A stretch of 64,000 nt of DNA from an uncultured Gemmatimonadales bacterium (GCA_963798085.1 CAWCRS010000007.1:864001-928000); one strand, 5' to 3'; positions 37,782 to 48,620 are shown, numbered from the stretch's first letter. The notes: a model not told the origin generated them from the letters alone. Numbers and translations: made by a program.

Positions 37782-39347
37782 TCAGGCGGGCTGCACGCCG
37801 GGGTGACCGGCCTGGACAACGAAGGACGCGCGCGTGGTGACGGGCGCGCCCGGACGCGTCACGTAGCCGAGTACGCGATAGTCGGCCTGCCAGCGCTCGG
37901 GCGTCACGAGGCAGCGCACGTAGCCGCGCTGATTGTTGTGGAAACGGAGGTGCGGGCTGTTGCGCAGTGCGTGTTCGCCGAATGTGCTGATGTCCTGGCC
38001 ATCGCCGCCCGAGCTGAGGGAGGTGCCGATGAACTCGATGGCGGCGACCGGGGAATTCGCGTTCTCGAAGTCGGGCCGCAGTTCGGCGACCCAGTTGGAG
38101 TGGATGTCGCCGGTCATCACGATGGGATTGGCGGCGCTGTGCCGGCCCAGGAACTCGATCAGGCGTTTGCGCGGCGCGACGTAGCCATCCCAGCGGTCCA
38201 TGCCGAAGCGCGGTGCCTCGACGGTGCCGTCGTTGATCTCCGCGATCGCCACCTGATTGGCGAGTGCGTTCCAGCGTGTGCGCGAACGGCTCAGGTTGTG
38301 CTGCAGCCACTTCTCCTGCGTGCCGCCCATCATGGTGGCTTTGGGATCGAGCGCACCCGCGCAGCGCGGCTTCGTGCCATCACCGCAGGGCTGGTCCGTG
38401 CGGTACTGCCGCGTGTCCAGCACGTGCAGGTCCAGCAGCGTGCCGAAGCGCAGCTGACGATACAGTGTCGCATCCGGTCCGCGCGGCATGGCGCTGGCGC
38501 GCAGAGGCTGGTGCTCGTAATACGCCTGGTACGCGGCGGCACGACGCCGCAGGAATGTGTCGCGCGGCGTGCCATGCTCGTCGTGATCGTTCGCGTAGTT
38601 GTTGTCCACTTCGTGGTCATCCCACGTGACGATCCAGGGCGCGATCGCGTGCGCGGCCTGCAGGTCGGCGTCCAGCTTGTACAGCGCGTAGCGGCGGCGA
38701 TAGTCGTCCAGCGTGCGGATCTCGTTCTCGCCGTGCCGCCGCGGGCGGTTGGCGATGGCGCCATCTTCGTAGATGTAGTCGCCGAGATGCACGACCAGGC
38801 GAATGTCCTCATCGGCAATGTGCCGCAGCGACGTATAGTAGCCCTGCTCGTAGTGCTGGCAGGAGGCGAACACGAAAGGAAACGCCGCGACTGCGGCGCC
38901 TGCAGCCGGCGCCGTGCGCGTGCGACCCACCGGGCTCGCGTCACCACCGGCCAGGAAGCGATAATAGTACACACGATCCGGAGCCAGTCCGGACACATTC
39001 ACGTGCACGGAATGCGCGAGCGTCGCAGTCGCCTCCGCGCGCCCGCGCTTGACTACTTGCGCGAACTGCTCGTCGTGCGCGATCTCCCAGTCGACACGCA
39101 CGACGTCCGAAGACATGCCGCCCGCCGCTTCCAGAGGGCGGGGCGCGAGACGCGTCCAGAGCACGATCGTATCAGGCCGAGGCTCGCCGGATGCGATGCC
39201 CAGTGTGAACGGATAATCGAGGAAGCGGCGCAGCCGGCCCGGTGTGGCGCCCACCGTGAGGAAGGCCGTACCCAGTCCGGCGGAAACGCGGATGAAATCG
39301 CGGCGCGATGCCTGCGCCCGGATGTGCATCGGTGGAAACGATGGCAT
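37782..39347 (-). CDS. phoD: Alkaline phosphatase D family phosphatase (Tat-exported)
   Basis: SRRDFI Tat motif; FASCQ, HLGDYIYE, WDDHEVDNN, LDTRQYR and TGDIH motifs. Confidence 0.93.
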   Translation of the reverse strand: MPSFPPMHIRAQASRRDFIRVSAGLGTAFLTVGATPGRLRRFLDYPFTLGIASGEPRPDTIVLWTRLAPRPLEAAGGMSSDVVRVDWEIAHDEQFAQVVKRGRAEATATLAHSVHVNVSGLAPDRVYYYRFLAGGDASPVGRTRTAPAAGAAVAAFPFVFASCQHYEQGYYTSLRHIADEDIRLVVHLGDYIYEDGAIANRPRRHGENEIRTLDDYRRRYALYKLDADLQAAHAIAPWIVTWDDHEVDNNYANDHDEHGTPRDTFLRRRAAAYQAYYEHQPLRASAMPRGPDATLYRQLRFGTLLDLHVLDTRQYRTDQPCGDGTKPRCAGALDPKATMMGGTQEKWLQHNLSRSRTRWNALANQVAIAEINDGTVEAPRFGMDRWDGYVAPRKRLIEFLGRHSAANPIVMTGDIHSNWVAELRPDFENANSPVAAIEFIGTSLSSGGDGQDISTFGEHALRNSPHLRFHNNQRGYVRCLVTPERWQADYRVLGYVTRPGAPVTTRASFVVQAGHPGVQPA

Positions 39348-39509
39348 GCGACGATGCTCCTCGCTGTCTGCTGCGCGTGCCAGGCTGCGCTGCCGGCCGC
39401 AGCGAAGGATCGAGCGCGGACCGCTGGCTGTCAATCTCGACCGGGAGCAGAAGCCGGTCGCGCGGTGATGCGTATCTCACTCGTTACCGGACTCGGAGGA
39501 GGTGTTGCC

Positions 39510-39968
39510 ATGACGAGCACGTACCTGATGGTGCCCGCAGGACCACGGCCGCTCTACATCCTGATTCCCGTATTCGCGCTGCTGCTGCTGGTGTTCATGC
39601 TGCTCGTGGTCACGATGCTGGGCTCGCAGAACACGCGCTTCGAATTGTCGCCGGCCGGGCTGCGACTGCGCGGCGACCTGTACGGCCGCTTCGTGCCGAT
39701 GGAGAAGCTGCGTGTGGACCTGGCGCAAGTGGTGGATCTGCGCACACAACCTTCGCTCGCGCCCGCATCCCGCCGCATGGGAACGGCCGCGCCCGGCTAC
39801 GCGGCCGGCTGGTTCCGCCTGCGCAACGGCGAGCGAGCGCTGCTCTATCTCACCGATCGGCAGCACGCACTCTACGTCCCGACACGTGACGGCTACGTTC
39901 TGCTCCTGAGTCCGCAGCGTCCCGCCGACATGCTGGAGGAACTGCGCCGCCAGGCCCGCGGCAGCTGA
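39510..39968 (+). CDS. Bacterial PH-domain membrane protein
   Basis: One TM followed by RRMGTAAPGYAAGWFRLRNGE; GGAGG RBS. Confidence 0.75.
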   Translation: MTSTYLMVPAGPRPLYILIPVFALLLLVFMLLVVTMLGSQNTRFELSPAGLRLRGDLYGRFVPMEKLRVDLAQVVDLRTQPSLAPASRRMGTAAPGYAAGWFRLRNGERALLYLTDRQHALYVPTRDGYVLLLSPQRPADMLEELRRQARGS

Positions 39969-40190
39969 GCCCGGCTCAGCCCACCCTCCGCAGCATCCTG
40001 ACCCGGCGTTAGCCGTTGTCCCGGGCGGCGTGAGGCATCGCCCTACACTTCCTGCGCCGTTTCCTGACATCTCCGCGGCATCTCGCTGCTGGAGCCGGGT
40101 CCGGCGTCCCGCATACTTGGAGACAGGCGCGGCGACAAACTTCATGGTGGCCACAGTGCCGCGCCGGCACCCCCGTGAGGGAGGGGTGAC

Positions 40191-40628
40191 GTGCACGGCG
40201 AGCGACACGATGGCGGAACCAGGCCGGCCCCCCCGGCGTCCGGCGACCTCGCGCACCTGCTCGAGGCGGAGACCCGCTTTGCCGGCAAACTGGAGTCCGC
40301 CCGCCTGCAAGCGGCCCGTCTGCTCGAAGAAGCCCGCGCGGCGGCGGCCGCCGACGAGGCGCGCTTCGGCGCCGAGCAGGAAGCTGCGGAATCGGAACTG
40401 GCCACGCGCATCGAAGCCGAGGTGCGCACGCGGCTGTCACGCATGGAGCAGGCTGCCCGCGTGCGTATTGCCTTGTACTCGGGCATTGGCCCGCTGGAGC
40501 AGGCGACCCTGGTGCAGCTGGTGCTGCGGCGATTGCTGGGCTCGCCCGCCGCGACCGCGGCTCACGCACCCGAAGCCTCGGCGCCCAGAACGGGCACGAC
40601 GCCGACAGCCGCGGAGTCAACGCCATGA
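40191..40628 (+). CDS. V/A-type ATPase peripheral stalk subunit G/H-like
   Basis: Ala/Glu-rich coiled coil; first gene of the operon; GGAGG RBS. Confidence 0.6.
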   Translation: MHGERHDGGTRPAPPASGDLAHLLEAETRFAGKLESARLQAARLLEEARAAAAADEARFGAEQEAAESELATRIEAEVRTRLSRMEQAARVRIALYSGIGPLEQATLVQLVLRRLLGSPAATAAHAPEASAPRTGTTPTAAESTP

Positions 40629-42529
40629 TGGTGCCCATGGCGAGGGTGCGGCTGCTGGGGCCGCGCAGTGATCTGCCGGCAGTGCTGCGCGTGCTTCAGG
40701 ACATGGGCGAGCTGCACGCGGCAAAGCCGTCGGCAGCGGTTCTTGCGCCGGCCGCACCGGAGACGATGGAGCGACGCGAGCGCCGTCGCGTGGGTCGCGT
40801 GCTGGACCGTGTGGAAGCCGCGCTGACGGCGCTGTCTGCTGACTCGCCTGTTCGCAACCCGCAATCCGCTGAAGGGATACCCGTCCCTGATGACGCGACG
40901 CTGGCCTCGTGGGCTCGCCTGGCGAGGCGGGTCATTGGCCGGGCGACGATGCTGCGTCGTCGCGTAGTGTCGCTGGAAGAGGAACAGGCACTGCTGGAGA
41001 AGTACCGCCACTTCTTCGCCAGCTTCGAGCAACTGCGTACTGCCGCCGCACGCTGGCCCAATGCGGCAGCCTATCACGTGGTGCTGCGCCGGGGCGGCGA
41101 GCACGCGGTGCAGGAGCTGCGCACGGCGCTCACCACGGTGCTGGGCGAGCACTTCGATCTGTGGTCCGACACGCTGCCCAGCGGCGAGACGGCGCTGCTG
41201 CTGCTCACCACGGCAAGAGAAGCGAAACGCATCGAGGGTGTGCTCGCGGACGCGGGCGTTGCGGAAGTGCCGCTGCCCGCCTCGCTGGGGCAGTCGGGTC
41301 AGGCGGTGGCATCGCTGGACACGCGGCTGCAGTCGATACCGCGCGAGCTGGAGGCGCAGCGGCGCGCGCTGGCGCAGCTGGGCGCGGCGGAGCGCCCGGC
41401 ACTGCTGCGCGCGCAGGGTGCACTGCGCGACATGCTCGCGCAGATGGAGGCCTTCGAGATGGCGCGCGCCACCGACCACGCCTTCGTGATCGAGGGCTGG
41501 CTGCCGCAGGTGGGCGTGCCTCGACTGCGCGCTGCGATGGACACGTCGTTCAGCGGCCGCATCGTGGTGGAGACGGTGGCGCGTGAAGAGTGGCGCGGTG
41601 AAGATGCGCCGGTTGTCATGAGCAATCCGCGACTGTTCCGGCCGTTCGAGCTGATCGTGAACGTGCTGCCGCTGCCACGCTACGGCACCATCGATCCCAC
41701 GCCGTTCGTCGCGGTCTTCTTCCCCATGCTGTTCGGCGTGATGCTGGGCGATGCCGGCTATGGTCTGGTGCTGGCGCTGCTCGCCGGGGTCATCCACTGG
41801 CGTGCACCGGAGGGCTCGCGACTGCGCACCGTTGCGGAGATCGCGGGGCCGTGCGCGGCCTTTACGATAATCTTCGGTTTGCTGTACGGTGAGTTCCTGG
41901 GCAGCGCGGGGCGCGCCTGGTTCGGCCTGCGCCCGCTGCTGTTCGACCGCGAGGAAGCGCTGCTGCCCTTCCTCGGTCTGGCGGTTGCCATTGGTCTCGT
42001 GCACATCCTGCTCGGCCTGGTGCTCAGCGCCGTGGCCGCGGCGCGCAACCAGCCCCGTCATGCGCTGGGATCCGGCGTCATGGCCCTCATGGTGGTGCTG
42101 GTGGTAGTGGCCATTCTCTCCGCGGTGGAAGTGCTGCCGCACGCCTTCTTCACACCCATCGTGGTGGCCCTGCTGATCGCGTTTCCCGTTCTGGTCGTGA
42201 TCGAAGGCATGGTGGCAGCGATCGAGCTGCTCTCGACGCTGGGCCACATCCTCTCCTACGCGCGTGTCATGGCGCTGGGCACCGCTTCGGTGATGATGGC
42301 GGTGGCGGCGAATCGCATGGTGGGCGCGATGGGCAGTGTGGTGGTGGGCATCCTCTTCGGCCTGCTCTTCCACCTCGTGAATTTCGCGTTAGGCATGTTC
42401 AGCCCGACGATCCACGCGCTGCGCCTGCACTACGTGGAGTTCTTCGGCACGTTCTTCAGCCCGGGTGGCGTGGCGTACCGGCCGCTGCGTCACTGGAAGC
42501 CGGGCCTGGAAAGCCGGACGAGAGGGTAG
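40625..42529 (+). CDS. ntpI: V/A-type ATPase subunit I (a)
   Basis: IDPTP...FG.MLGDAGYG, LSYARVMAL and LRLHYVEFF motifs. Confidence 0.93.
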   Translation: MMVPMARVRLLGPRSDLPAVLRVLQDMGELHAAKPSAAVLAPAAPETMERRERRRVGRVLDRVEAALTALSADSPVRNPQSAEGIPVPDDATLASWARLARRVIGRATMLRRRVVSLEEEQALLEKYRHFFASFEQLRTAAARWPNAAAYHVVLRRGGEHAVQELRTALTTVLGEHFDLWSDTLPSGETALLLLTTAREAKRIEGVLADAGVAEVPLPASLGQSGQAVASLDTRLQSIPRELEAQRRALAQLGAAERPALLRAQGALRDMLAQMEAFEMARATDHAFVIEGWLPQVGVPRLRAAMDTSFSGRIVVETVAREEWRGEDAPVVMSNPRLFRPFELIVNVLPLPRYGTIDPTPFVAVFFPMLFGVMLGDAGYGLVLALLAGVIHWRAPEGSRLRTVAEIAGPCAAFTIIFGLLYGEFLGSAGRAWFGLRPLLFDREEALLPFLGLAVAIGLVHILLGLVLSAVAAARNQPRHALGSGVMALMVVLVVVAILSAVEVLPHAFFTPIVVALLIAFPVLVVIEGMVAAIELLSTLGHILSYARVMALGTASVMMAVAANRMVGAMGSVVVGILFGLLFHLVNFALGMFSPTIHALRLHYVEFFGTFFSPGGVAYRPLRHWKPGLESRTRG

Positions 42530-42533
42530 GCGC

Positions 42534-42755
42534 ATGGGATCCTTCTGGCTGGTCCTGGCCGCGGCACTCGCTGTCGGCCTGACGGCTCTGGCAACCGCGT
42601 GGGCGCAGTCGCGCATTGGTTCGGCGGGTGCGGCGACACTGGCGGAGAAGCCGGAGCTGGGCGGGACCATGATCATTCTGGTGGCAATCCCCGAGACCAT
42701 GGTCATCCTCGGGTTCGTGGTCGCGGTGCTGATACTGCTGCGCGGCGGCGGCTGA
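42534..42755 (+). CDS. ntpK: V/A-type ATPase proteolipid subunit K (c), single hairpin
   Basis: AQSRIG...AEKPE...AIPETMVILGF. Confidence 0.92.
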   Translation: MGSFWLVLAAALAVGLTALATAWAQSRIGSAGAATLAEKPELGGTMIILVAIPETMVILGFVVAVLILLRGGG

Positions 42756-42767
42756 TCGGAGGCAGCC

Positions 42768-43385
42768 GTGGCGCTCGCGGATCTTATCGCTGCGCTCGAG
42801 GCGGACGTCGAGCGACAGGCCGCGGACATTCTCGCGGCCGGTCGCGCGGAAGCCGAACGCATCCGCCAGACGACAGCGGACGCACTGGCGCGCCGCCGGG
42901 CGGAGCGGCTGGCGCAGCACGAGCAGCAGTCGCGGCACGCGCTGGCGCGTCAGCTCACGCAGGCGGAAGCGCGCCTGCGCGGCGAACTGCTGGCGGCGCG
43001 CGAGGCGCTGCTGACAAGTGTGTTAGCAGGGGCCAGGACGCAGCTGGCGGGATTGCAGAAAGGCGAGGTGTACCAGCGCCTGCTGGCGGACGAGCTGCTG
43101 GATGCGCTCAGCTACGCGGATCCGCACGGCGCGGTGGTGCGCTGTCCGCCGGCGCTGGCGGCGCCCGCACGGGCCGCTCTGAACTCGGGGCACGAGTCCG
43201 TCATGGTGGAGGAGGACGCCGCCATGGGCGCGGGCTTCCGCGTGATTGCGGAAGGTGGCCGCGTCGAGGTAGACCAGACGCTGGAGACGCGGCTGCGCCG
43301 GCTGGAGCCGCGGCTGCGCATCGAGATCGTGCAGCGCGTCGAGCGTGTGGCGACGGCGGGTGAGGACGGCCATGCGCTGGGATGA
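42768..43385 (+). CDS. ntpE: V/A-type ATPase subunit E
   Basis: Coiled-coil N-terminus; C-terminal GAGF...VDQTLETRL; operon position. Confidence 0.85.
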   Translation: MALADLIAALEADVERQAADILAAGRAEAERIRQTTADALARRRAERLAQHEQQSRHALARQLTQAEARLRGELLAAREALLTSVLAGARTQLAGLQKGEVYQRLLADELLDALSYADPHGAVVRCPPALAAPARAALNSGHESVMVEEDAAMGAGFRVIAEGGRVEVDQTLETRLRRLEPRLRIEIVQRVERVATAGEDGHALG

Positions 43386-44376
43386 TCTGAACGCACGCGT
43401 GCGCGGCCTGGCCGGGCACCTGCTCGGGCGTTCCACGATCCAGAGCATGGCCGCGGAAAACGAGCTGGACGGCCTGCTGCGCCGGCTGCGCGACGGCCCG
43501 TACGACGTCGGGTTGCGCGGCGCACCCGCGGGCGCGCTCACCATCGACCTCTCCGTGCGCCGCGCGGCGGGGCATCGGCTGGCCACGATTTCGCGCTGGT
43601 CGGGCCGGCGGCGCGAGCGGCTGCGCGTGCTGTTCGAGGAAGAGGACCGGCGCAGTGTACGCGCGCTGCTGCGTGGTGCGGTGGGTGGTGCCCGACCGGA
43701 AGCGCGCGTCGCCGGACTGCTGCCCACGCCCGGGTTGCCGGAGCGTGCACTCGAGGAACTGGCGAGGCAGCCCACGGCGGCGAAGGTCGCGGCACTGCTG
43801 GTGGCGTGGGGCAATGCCTACGGCTCGGCGGTGTTCGAGCACGCGGTGGAATCGCGACCCGACCTGTTCGCAATGGAACTTGCGCTGGCGAGGACGTTCG
43901 CGTTGCGCACGCGTGCGGCGGCACGACGGGGCGCGCTGCGCCGTTTCGCGCAGGACGCGATCGACGCCGAGAATATCGCGTCCGCCGTGGCCCTCGCGGG
44001 TCGCCGCATCGGCACACCCATCGAGGAAGTATTTCTCGCCGGCGGCCGTGCACTCGCCCTGGACGGCTTCGTCGCTGCCGCGCACGCAACGGACGCCGAA
44101 GGCGCGCTGCTGCGTCTGACGCGTGCCGCGGGAATGCGCACACCGCTGGGGCGTACGCTGGCCGCGGCCGCACCCGACACGCTGGAGCAGGCGCTTCTGG
44201 TATTGCGAACACGCGCGTTACGGCGGGGCGCACGCGAGCATCCGATCGGCCCCTCGCTCATTCTGGGGTACGCGCTGCGCCTGCGCGGCGAGGTCATGGA
44301 CCTGCGCACCATCGCGTGGGGTCTGGCGCTGCGTGCGCCACGCGCGCTGGTGCTCGATCAGCTGGTGACGCAATGA
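43372..44376 (+). CDS. ntpC: V/A-type ATPase subunit C (d)
   Basis: LNARVRGL..LL at N-terminus, E..DLR.IA.G at C-terminus; operon position. Confidence 0.85.
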   Translation: MRWDDLNARVRGLAGHLLGRSTIQSMAAENELDGLLRRLRDGPYDVGLRGAPAGALTIDLSVRRAAGHRLATISRWSGRRRERLRVLFEEEDRRSVRALLRGAVGGARPEARVAGLLPTPGLPERALEELARQPTAAKVAALLVAWGNAYGSAVFEHAVESRPDLFAMELALARTFALRTRAAARRGALRRFAQDAIDAENIASAVALAGRRIGTPIEEVFLAGGRALALDGFVAAAHATDAEGALLRLTRAAGMRTPLGRTLAAAAPDTLEQALLVLRTRALRRGAREHPIGPSLILGYALRLRGEVMDLRTIAWGLALRAPRALVLDQLVTQ

Positions 44377-44690
44377 GCCGGCTGGGCGTGCAGGTGATCT
44401 GCCGGCCCGAGCTGGTCGCCGGCTTCCGCCTCGCGGGTGTGGCGCCGCTGGAAGCGGTGCACGCGGCCGAAGCGGCGGTGCTGCTGCGCAGTGCTGCTGC
44501 GCATCGCGATACCGGCGTGATTCTGGTGCAGGACGATCTGCTGGCTGGCGCGCCTGCGCACCCGCCGGGCGCGCTGCCCATGGTCGTGCCGTTCCCCGGT
44601 CCGAAATCGCTCGAGAGCATGGAGAGCCCCGCCGCGTACGTGGCGGAGATCCTGCGCCGCGCCATTGGCTACCGCGTGAGGCTGGAATGA
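44373..44690 (+). CDS. ntpF: V/A-type ATPase subunit F
   Basis: GFRLAGV...RRAIG motifs. Confidence 0.9.
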   Translation: MSRLGVQVICRPELVAGFRLAGVAPLEAVHAAEAAVLLRSAAAHRDTGVILVQDDLLAGAPAHPPGALPMVVPFPGPKSLESMESPAAYVAEILRRAIGYRVRLE

Positions 44691-46528
44691 AGCAGGCGAC
44701 GATGCGGCGCCCGGATCCGTCGAAACGAGACAGCCCGCGGGCGCAGGATGGACCGCGCATCACGCGCATCAGCGGCGCGCTGGTGGAAGCGAAGCCGATG
44801 CCTGAAGCCGCGCTCTATGAGCTGGCGCTCATCGGCGAGCAGCGGCTTCTCGGCGAAGTCGTGCGTGTGCGCGGCGACCTGGGCACGCTGCAGGTCTACG
44901 AGGAAACAACGGGTTTGCGCGTCGGCGAACCGGTGAAGCTGACGGGCGCACCCCTGGAAGTGCGACTGGGGCCGGGCCTGCTCGGCTCGATCCTGGATGG
45001 CGTCGCGCGACCACTGGTGCGCGTGGCCGAAGCCATGGGCGACTTCATTCTGCCGGGCAGCGCATCACCGACACTGGATCCTGCGCAGCAGTGGGAATTC
45101 AAGGCGCTGGTCGAGCCGGGCACGCGGGTGTCGGGCGGTGATCGCATCGGCGTCGTACGCGAAGGCAGGAACTTCGATCACTGGATCCAGGCGCCGCCCG
45201 GTGTGTGCGGCGTCGTCGCCGACATCCGTTCCGGTTCCTTCACGGTTATCGACACCATCGGCACGCTCGAGGATGGCACGCCGTTGCGACTCGCGCAGAA
45301 CTGGCCTGTTCGCAAGGCCCGGCCCGTACAGCGGCGGCTGCCCGGCGACCGGCCCTTCATCACGGGGCAGCGCGTGCTCGACTTCCTGTTTCCCGCCGCG
45401 GAAGGCGGCAGTGTGGCGTTGCCCGGCGGCTTCGGCACCGGCAAGACCGTGGTCGAACAGTCGCTGGCCAAGCACGGCGAAGCGGACGTGGTCGTGTACA
45501 TCGGCTGCGGTGAGCGCGGCAACGAGATGGCGGAGGTGCTGCACGAGTTTCCGCAGCTGGAAGATCCACGCGGCGGCGGCTCCATCATGGAGCGCACGGT
45601 CCTGATCGCCAACACCTCGAACATGCCGGTAGCGGCGCGCGAAGCATCGATCTACCTCGGCATGTCCATCGCCGAATACTTCCGCGACATGGGGTATCGC
45701 GTCGCCGTGCTGGCGGACAGCATCTCGCGCTGGGCGGAAGCGCTGCGCGAGATGGCGTCGCGCCTGCAGGAGATGCCGGGAGAGGAAGGTTATCCGACGT
45801 ATCTCGGCAGCAGGCTGGGCGGCGTGTACGAGCGCGCCGGTCGCATTGAGGCGCTGGGCCTGCCCGAGCGCACGGGTGCGCTGACACTGATCGCCGCGGT
45901 GTCGCCACCCGGCGGGGATCTCTCCGAGCCCGTAACCCAGGCATCACTGCGCGTGGTGGGCGCGCTCTGGGCGCTGGATGCCTCGCTCGCGCATCGTCGC
46001 CATTTCCCGGCTGTCGACTGGGAGACGAGCTACAGCCTGTACGGCGCCGCGACGGATCCCTGGTTCATTGCGCACACCGGTGCCGACTGGCCGGAACTGC
46101 GCCGCGCATCGCTCGCATTGCTGCGCCAGGAGCGCGACCTCGAGGAGATCGCCGGCCTCATCGGCATCGACGCCATGCAGGATCGCGAGCGCTTCGTGCT
46201 CGCCGTGGCGAAAATCCTGCGCGAGACCGTGCTGGCGCAGAGCGCGTACGAAGAGAACGATCGCATGTCCAGTCCGCGCAAGACGCATCGCATGATCTCA
46301 CTGGTACACGAGCTGGTGCGTGCCGGCCAGGAGGCCATGCAGTCGGGCTCGGTCCTGGCCGACCTCGAGCTGGATCCGGCGCGTGACGCCATCATGGCCG
46401 TGCGCCTCGCGCCCGAAAGCGGGCTGGAGGAAGCCGTGGCCCTCGCCAGCGGCACGATCGAGCGGGTGCGCACCACAAGACCGGTCACCGCCCGGAGCGG
46501 CGCCGGCGGCGAGTACGAAGGCGCTTGA
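44687..46528 (+). CDS. ntpA: V/A-type ATPase catalytic subunit A
   Basis: GGFGTGKT, GCGERGNEM, NTSNMPVAARE and EMPGEEGYP motifs. Confidence 0.96.
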   Translation: MKQATMRRPDPSKRDSPRAQDGPRITRISGALVEAKPMPEAALYELALIGEQRLLGEVVRVRGDLGTLQVYEETTGLRVGEPVKLTGAPLEVRLGPGLLGSILDGVARPLVRVAEAMGDFILPGSASPTLDPAQQWEFKALVEPGTRVSGGDRIGVVREGRNFDHWIQAPPGVCGVVADIRSGSFTVIDTIGTLEDGTPLRLAQNWPVRKARPVQRRLPGDRPFITGQRVLDFLFPAAEGGSVALPGGFGTGKTVVEQSLAKHGEADVVVYIGCGERGNEMAEVLHEFPQLEDPRGGGSIMERTVLIANTSNMPVAAREASIYLGMSIAEYFRDMGYRVAVLADSISRWAEALREMASRLQEMPGEEGYPTYLGSRLGGVYERAGRIEALGLPERTGALTLIAAVSPPGGDLSEPVTQASLRVVGALWALDASLAHRRHFPAVDWETSYSLYGAATDPWFIAHTGADWPELRRASLALLRQERDLEEIAGLIGIDAMQDRERFVLAVAKILRETVLAQSAYEENDRMSSPRKTHRMISLVHELVRAGQEAMQSGSVLADLELDPARDAIMAVRLAPESGLEEAVALASGTIERVRTTRPVTARSGAGGEYEGA

Positions 46529-46606
46529 GCAGGCACTAACAGGCTGCAAGGCGGGATCGCGTCGCGCCCGTACGGGAAGATTGCAGCGCAGATTCAGGAT
46601 GGGCCC

Positions 46607-47985
46607 ATGAACGGTGTCGAACGGGTGATGCGGGGTGCGGCCGGAGCGGCCGGGCCGCTGCTGTTCCTCAGCGGCTGCCGGCGAGTCGCGCTCGGCGAAT
46701 GGGTCACCATCCAGGTACCGGGCGAGGCGCAGCGCAACGGTCAGGTCATCGACGCCTCCGATGGACTCACGCTCGTGCAACTGCTGGAAGACACGGTGGG
46801 CCTCGCGCCGGGCCTGGCCATCGCGACGCTGACCGGCGAGGTGGCGCAGGCACTCGTGGGTCGGGACCTGCTGGGCCGCGTCGTGAACGGCCTGGGCGTT
46901 CCCGTCGATGGGCTGCCCGCACCCGTGGGCGAGGCGCTGCTGCCCGTGCACGGTGCGCCCGTCAATCCCGCCCGCCGACTGCCGCCCGCAGACTTCATTG
47001 AGACTGGCATTGTCGGCGATCGATGGACTCAACACACTGGTGCGCGGGCAGAAGCTGCCCGATCTTCGCCGGCCCCGGCCTGCCCGGTCTCGAGCTGGGC
47101 GCGCACATCGTGGAATGGGCGCGCGTCAAAGGCGATGAGCCCTTTGCCGTGCTCTTCGTGGCGCTCGGCATCACGCAGCGCGAGACGCGCACCTTCATCG
47201 AGCGCTTCGAGGCCAGCGACATCCTGCAGCGCAGCGTGATCTACCTGAACCAGACGCGCGACCCCACGATCGAGCGACTGCTGGCGCCACGCGTCGCGCT
47301 TTCGCAGGCGGAGTTCCTGGCGTTCCAGCGCGGCTATCGCGTGCTGGTCGTGATCGCGGACATGCTGCACTACTGCGATGCCTTGCGTGAAGTAGCGGCC
47401 GCGCGCGAGGAAGTGCCAGGCCGCCGGGGCTATCCCGGCTACATGTACACGGACCTGGCCAGCATCTTCGAACGCGCGGGCATCGTGCAGGGTTCGGCGG
47501 GATCGGTGACGCAGCTGCCCATCCTCACCATGCCGGATGACGACATCACGCACCCGATTCCCGATCTCACGGGCTACATCACCGAAGGGCAGGTCGTGCT
47601 GGCGAGGGAGCTGCACCGCAAGGGCGCGTTCCCGCCCATTGATGTGCTGCCCTCGCTCTCGCGGCTCATGAACGCCGCCATTCGCGGGGGCACGGTGGAG
47701 GGGCACCGGCAGTGGGCTAACAGGCTGTATGCAGCCTACGCGCAGGGCCGTGAGGCCGCGCTCACCGCGGCCATTGTAGGGGAAGCCGGACTGCAGGAGT
47801 CGGATCGGCGGGCCATGGCGTTCGCGGAGCGCTTCGAGATGGAGTTCATCCATCAGGGCGAGCAGCGGCGCACGCTCGAGGAGACCGTGCTGATCGGCCG
47901 CCAGCTGCTGGCCGCGCTGGATGCGCGCAGGCCGGCGGGCGAGGCAGAGCAGGATGGGGTCGCGCACGCGGGCGGGCGCACATGA
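46607..47985 (+). CDS. ntpB: V/A-type ATPase subunit B (indels near 47010 and 47061)
   Basis: Three frames join as [38 protein letters not shown] and DDITHPIPDLTGYITEGQ motifs. Confidence 0.92.
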
Positions 47986-48620
47986 AGCGCGCGCCGCGCA
48001 TTGCGGTCACGCGTCAGAATCTCCTGCGGGCGCGTCGTCGCCTCGATCGTGTGTGGAAGGGCGCGGAGCTTCTGCGGCGTCGTCGCGAAGCCCTGGCGAG
48101 GGAGCTGCTGCGGCTGGCGCGGCCGGCGGTGGACGCGCGCACGGTCGTGATCCAGGAGAGTCACCAGGCGTACCGGGCGTTGCTCGAGGCGCTGGCGTCG
48201 CAGGGCGAGACCGGCCTGCACGCGCTGTCCTGGCCGCCGCGCGCCGCATGGGTCGAGATCCGCTCGGCGCAGGTGTGGGGCGTGGCCGTCGCGGACATCA
48301 CGAATCGCGCCCGCCTGCACGCCGCCATGGATGCGCGCGGCACGCCACCCGGCGTGGGGCCCGCGGTGGCCAGTGCGGCCGACCATTTCGAACAGCTGCT
48401 CGAACTGTTGCTCAATGCCGCGCCGCGCGAGCAGCTGCTGCGGCGACTCGGTGACGCGCTGGCCCGCACGTCCCGTCAGGTGCACGCGCTGGAGAACAGC
48501 GTGGCGCCTCGCCTTGAAGGCCAGGTCGGCTGGATCCGGGGCAGCCTCGAAGAGCGCGAGCGCGAGGAACACGAGCGGCTGAAGCGCTTCGCGCACCGCC
48601 AGAACCCCCGCCAGGCCTGA
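47982..48620 (+). CDS. ntpD: V/A-type ATPase subunit D
   Basis: TRQNLL...G.ELL.RRR; RQVHALE...LEEREREE...LK. Confidence 0.92.
   Translation: MKRAPRIAVTRQNLLRARRRLDRVWKGAELLRRRREALARELLRLARPAVDARTVVIQESHQAYRALLEALASQGETGLHALSWPPRAAWVEIRSAQVWGVAVADITNRARLHAAMDARGTPPGVGPAVASAADHFEQLLELLLNAAPREQLLRRLGDALARTSRQVHALENSVAPRLEGQVGWIRGSLEEREREEHERLKRFAHRQNPRQA

Noticed and set aside
37773..39509. 731-aa plus-strand ORF 37773-39968
   Set aside because: Mostly the antisense shadow of phoD; only 39510-39968 has an RBS and a recognisable domain
40562..42373. Long antisense ORFs (e.g. 40562-42373, 8164-9711, 60156-61661)
   Set aside because: Expected shadows of real genes in high-GC DNA; no protein motifs
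46607..47985. ntpB and other split genes (1843-2345, 19670-21818, 49903-52201, 52218-53163, 56136-57193, 58872-60273) as pseudogenes or programmed frameshifts
   Set aside because: Single-base indels are scattered over unrelated genes with intact motifs, no in-frame stops and no slippery heptamers; assembly error is the simpler explanation
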